DNA of 64,000 nt from Fimbriosthenelais zetlandica (taxonomy: Eukaryota), in NCBI GenBank assembly GCA_977030845.1, contig OZ365116.1, positions 20,398,001 to 20,462,000 of the forward strand, in the 5' to 3' direction. Below, in pieces: positions 61,070-64,000 of the stretch; position 1 is the first letter of the stretch, and each line of letters opens with the position of its first letter. Position numbers and translations under genes: made by a program. Under the pieces are notes generated by a model. That model saw nothing but the letters and a program-made list of their open reading frames with translations, was not told the origin of the DNA and searched no databases.

Positions 61070-61330
61070 ATGCATGTCCATTTTGAGGAGTATGAATCCA
61101 CCAGGAGTGACTGCGCCATCCAGGCGCTCTCCTGGATGGGCAAAGTTCCAGAAACTTTGCCAGACGAGGATGGTTGGAAGTTGAACCGCCTGCACTATTA
61201 CCAGGAAGGTTGGCTGGCGTCAGGCAACCATAATGGGATTATAGGCGTCACCTTTACTGCCTGCCATTGTAAAAAGAATTTCGAGCAACCGCCCAGGACG
61301 AACTTCAACCTCCGAGGACACAGAAATGAG
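61070..61330 (+). CDS. TULP4: Tubby-related protein 4 (TULP4/TUSP), first coding exon (87 aa, start of the WD40 region)
   Basis: caaccATG Kozak context; MHVHFEE...LSWMGKVP...YYQEGWLASGN...GVTFT...NFNLRGHRNE matches the TULP4 N-terminus as recalled; donor GAG|gtaggt. Next exon not found in window. Confidence 0.95.
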
Positions 61331-62094
61331 GTAGGTGGATATGTGAATATTCACCATGTACTCCTGCTGTGGCAGTAGCTGCTGCACTGAATTTCCACTT
61401 AACTTGCTGCAGAAGGAACTTCTGATACCTTTTTGTTTAACTTCTACTTTTATCCTCTCCCATCCATCCCTGTCCCATCTTCCATCATTTTCCCCCACCC
61501 TTCCCGTCCTCCTACCCCTCCTCTTTCTTCTCGATTCACTGACTTGGATTTCATGGTCATGATTTGAGGAATTAGCGTGGCCCGCCTGCCACACTTGTTC
61601 CTGTCCTCAAATGAACAATGAATTACACAATGAAATGAACACTCTTGTCAGTTGAGGCTGTCTCGAAGGACTTTTTTTACCATTTTATTATGATAAATTG
61701 TTATTGGCAATGGCTTGGAAGATTAATAAAGATGGTGGTCCAGATAAAACAGTCTGGTACACCAGTGATAGGCCTCTTACATATAAAAATGAAAGGAGGA
61801 AGATGAATTGACATATAAGCCCTTTAAACTTAGAGAGAACACATTGATGTGTGTAATTGCCTTTCGCTGCATAAGCTATTGCAATAAGTAATGTATGTAA
61901 AAAAAGCATTAGATATATATAATATATATCTTAGTTCCTTTCTTCGAATTCAAGGAATTGATTGCAAGTTCCTTATTTAAAGCCTGTTCTTAAAGCTACC
62001 AAGGTCATTGTTATAATTGTGACATCTGGTGCAACTCTCAATGATTTTATTTTAGGAATCATGGCTGATTCATCCTTGAGGTGGTTAATTCATT

Positions 62095-62108
62095 ATTGCC
62101 ATGGAAAC
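62095..62108. promoter_or_regulatory. X-box-like element in TULP4 intron
   Basis: ATTGCCATGGAAAC, 13/14 match to GTTGCCATGGAAAC. Confidence 0.3.
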
Positions 62109-64000
62109 TGCAACCACCTGCAGGAATGTCTGATGGAGGGGTTTAGAGGGGGCGGAGGGTACTTCATTAGGTCTCCTAATCTGAGAATGTGCATATCTGG
62201 CAGGCTTTTTAACGCTGCCTTCTATTAATCTGGAGTGCTTTTAGTGGCCACCCTGAAAAGATCCCTCAATTAGCTCCATCATTCACATTTTTTCACATTA
62301 TAGAGATGCCGAGTATTCATGTCTGTCACTGCCTCCAGCTGAAAGTGAGAGATTAAGAGAAGGTGCAAAGGAATGTATGAGTAATGTTGCTGCAGAACGC
62401 AGATGACAATGTGAGAAAATGTGTTCTTGTTGACCTCTGGGGTCAGAGCAGGACTAGGGGGTTATTTGAAAGAGAAAGCAGGCTGCCTCGTTTGTGGCAA
62501 GGCAGAGGAAATGAGAATGCAAAGCCACCCTGAGTGTACCGAGAGCTTTCATACATGCCTCCCTTTTCAACCAACAAAAAGAAACGATAATGGATGCCAT
62601 GGAAGCCTGTGGCTTTGGCATGTGAGGGAATGCGTGCATGTGCATGTGAGAGCTTCTGGGTTAGGGAAACAATGCAGCGAGAGCGATTGTAACATTAAGC
62701 GAGATGGGAGGGTGACCATGGCCAAATGTCAGCTGTCACATCCTGAAATAGCTGAGAGTGGAGCAATTATTACACTCACCCAAAATAGCCTCATGATGCC
62801 CTAGACTTGTACGGAGAGTTTGAATGGAGAGCTGAGGGAGAAAGTTGGTTAAATGTCGACTGCTTATCTCCTACATGTATTATTAGTACACACAACACAC
62901 GCCAAGTAGACTAAACGATCCCCAGGAGAGGTTAAGCTTCAAAGAGAGGACATTAGGGGGCATGGATGAGTCAGCAGGCACTCCACTCCTATCAACAATT
63001 GTCTTTGGGGATTGGCTATTATTCCTGTTAGTAATCCACCTCTGTCATTGCCTACTCTCAGTGCACGCCATTGCACGTGAATGCCCATGCATCTGGCCTG
63101 ACTCTCAATAATGGGCTTCACTCAATATACTCACTTTCTCTTCTCTTCCTCTGCCCTGCCATTAGAGGGAGGAGGGCTTTATCTGATGCTGGCCATTATC
63201 CCATATTGACAGCAATTGCAGGCCCTAAATCATCCCCCTCCATTGACATCAACACCTCCAACCAAGTTCATAAATATGCTAATGGGAAGAGAAAAAATCT
63301 TTTATTCTTAATGCCCGCGAATAGACGGGTCGTAGACTGGGGTTCTCAATGACATGTGTATAGATTATAATGTCCCCTTAAAGGACATTAAAATACCTTT
63401 GTGTGAATCATTTGTCAGTCACCTGTTCACATGATCAGAGACATTGTTTCATTTTCCCACACTTGCCGCCCACTTCATTTTCACCAGTCTTTCACCCCCT
63501 CCCTCCTCCCTCTCCTCTCACCTCGCCGACAGTGCCCTCTCTGGTGCCAAGCTGAGCTAATTTCAAGGGGTGTTAAACAGGGCCATAAATCACCTTTGAT
63601 GTGCAATTTCAGAAGCGTTGGCTGCTCCCTCGACTCTTACACTAAGGGAATTATTCTCTTACTAAATTTCTGAAGGGATGGGAAAATTTGGAGCTGCTTA
63701 AAAAATGATGAGATAATTAGACACACAACTCTAGTTACAAAGACACTTAAATTATTCATCATAATTACAATCTTTTTAACAGTTTACACTCATGCATATT
63801 TAGCATTACAGAGTTTGTCTATTTTTGCCGTAATAACATCATAGTAAATATATGGTCATCCCTGACAACATGAGCACACAACCCTGGTGTTCTGCTTGAA
63901 TGCAAGGCTGCCTTTACCGCTTTGCCAGCCTTATCAATACTGCACCTGGAGCTCTCATGACCTACTTTATAACCTTTACACTTGACCTAATTGTATGTAG

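Noticed and set aside
991-63673. The many 60-130-aa ORFs in the supplied track outside the called exons
   Set aside because: No recognisable domains or splice support; consistent with random ORFs, antisense shadows of exons or TE fragments
1-64000. Hammerhead ribozyme cores, tRNA genes and tRNA-derived SINEs
   Set aside because: The CTGANGA hits I checked (e.g. 454, 2044, 31836, 60685) lack a stem II followed by GAAA; no convincing A-box/B-box pair seen. An Infernal/tRNAscan run would be definitive.

Overview
Eukaryotic animal genomic DNA, probably a protostome invertebrate (inferred from the arthropod-like TULP4 N-terminus), roughly 40% GC by eye; no prokaryotic features or CRISPR array. 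Most of the window (about 2.3-54.5 kb, + strand) is one multi-exon gene of the IRAG/MRVI1/LRMP(Jaw1) family. I assembled 16 exons by hand; all have GT-AG boundaries and all splice phases match, giving about 1,390 codons, with the 5' end lying upstream of the window. It encodes a long disordered N-terminus, the MRVI1 coiled coil, two PKG-type phosphosites and a C-terminal transmembrane helix with a KASH-like lumenal tail. Downstream on the same strand is the first coding exon of TULP4 (61070-61330), preceded by a CpG-retaining region with a near-perfect RFX X-box and a higher-order 38-bp minisatellite. Introns hold heavily decayed LINE (CR1/L2, RTE) and Gypsy relics and several short tandem repeats whose units contain small hairpins. 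Best leads: an IRAG-family protein combining IRAG1-type PKG sites with an LRMP/KASH-type tail, its probable alternative splicing, and possible RFX control of TULP4. All homology calls come from motif recognition and recalled sequences, not database searches.
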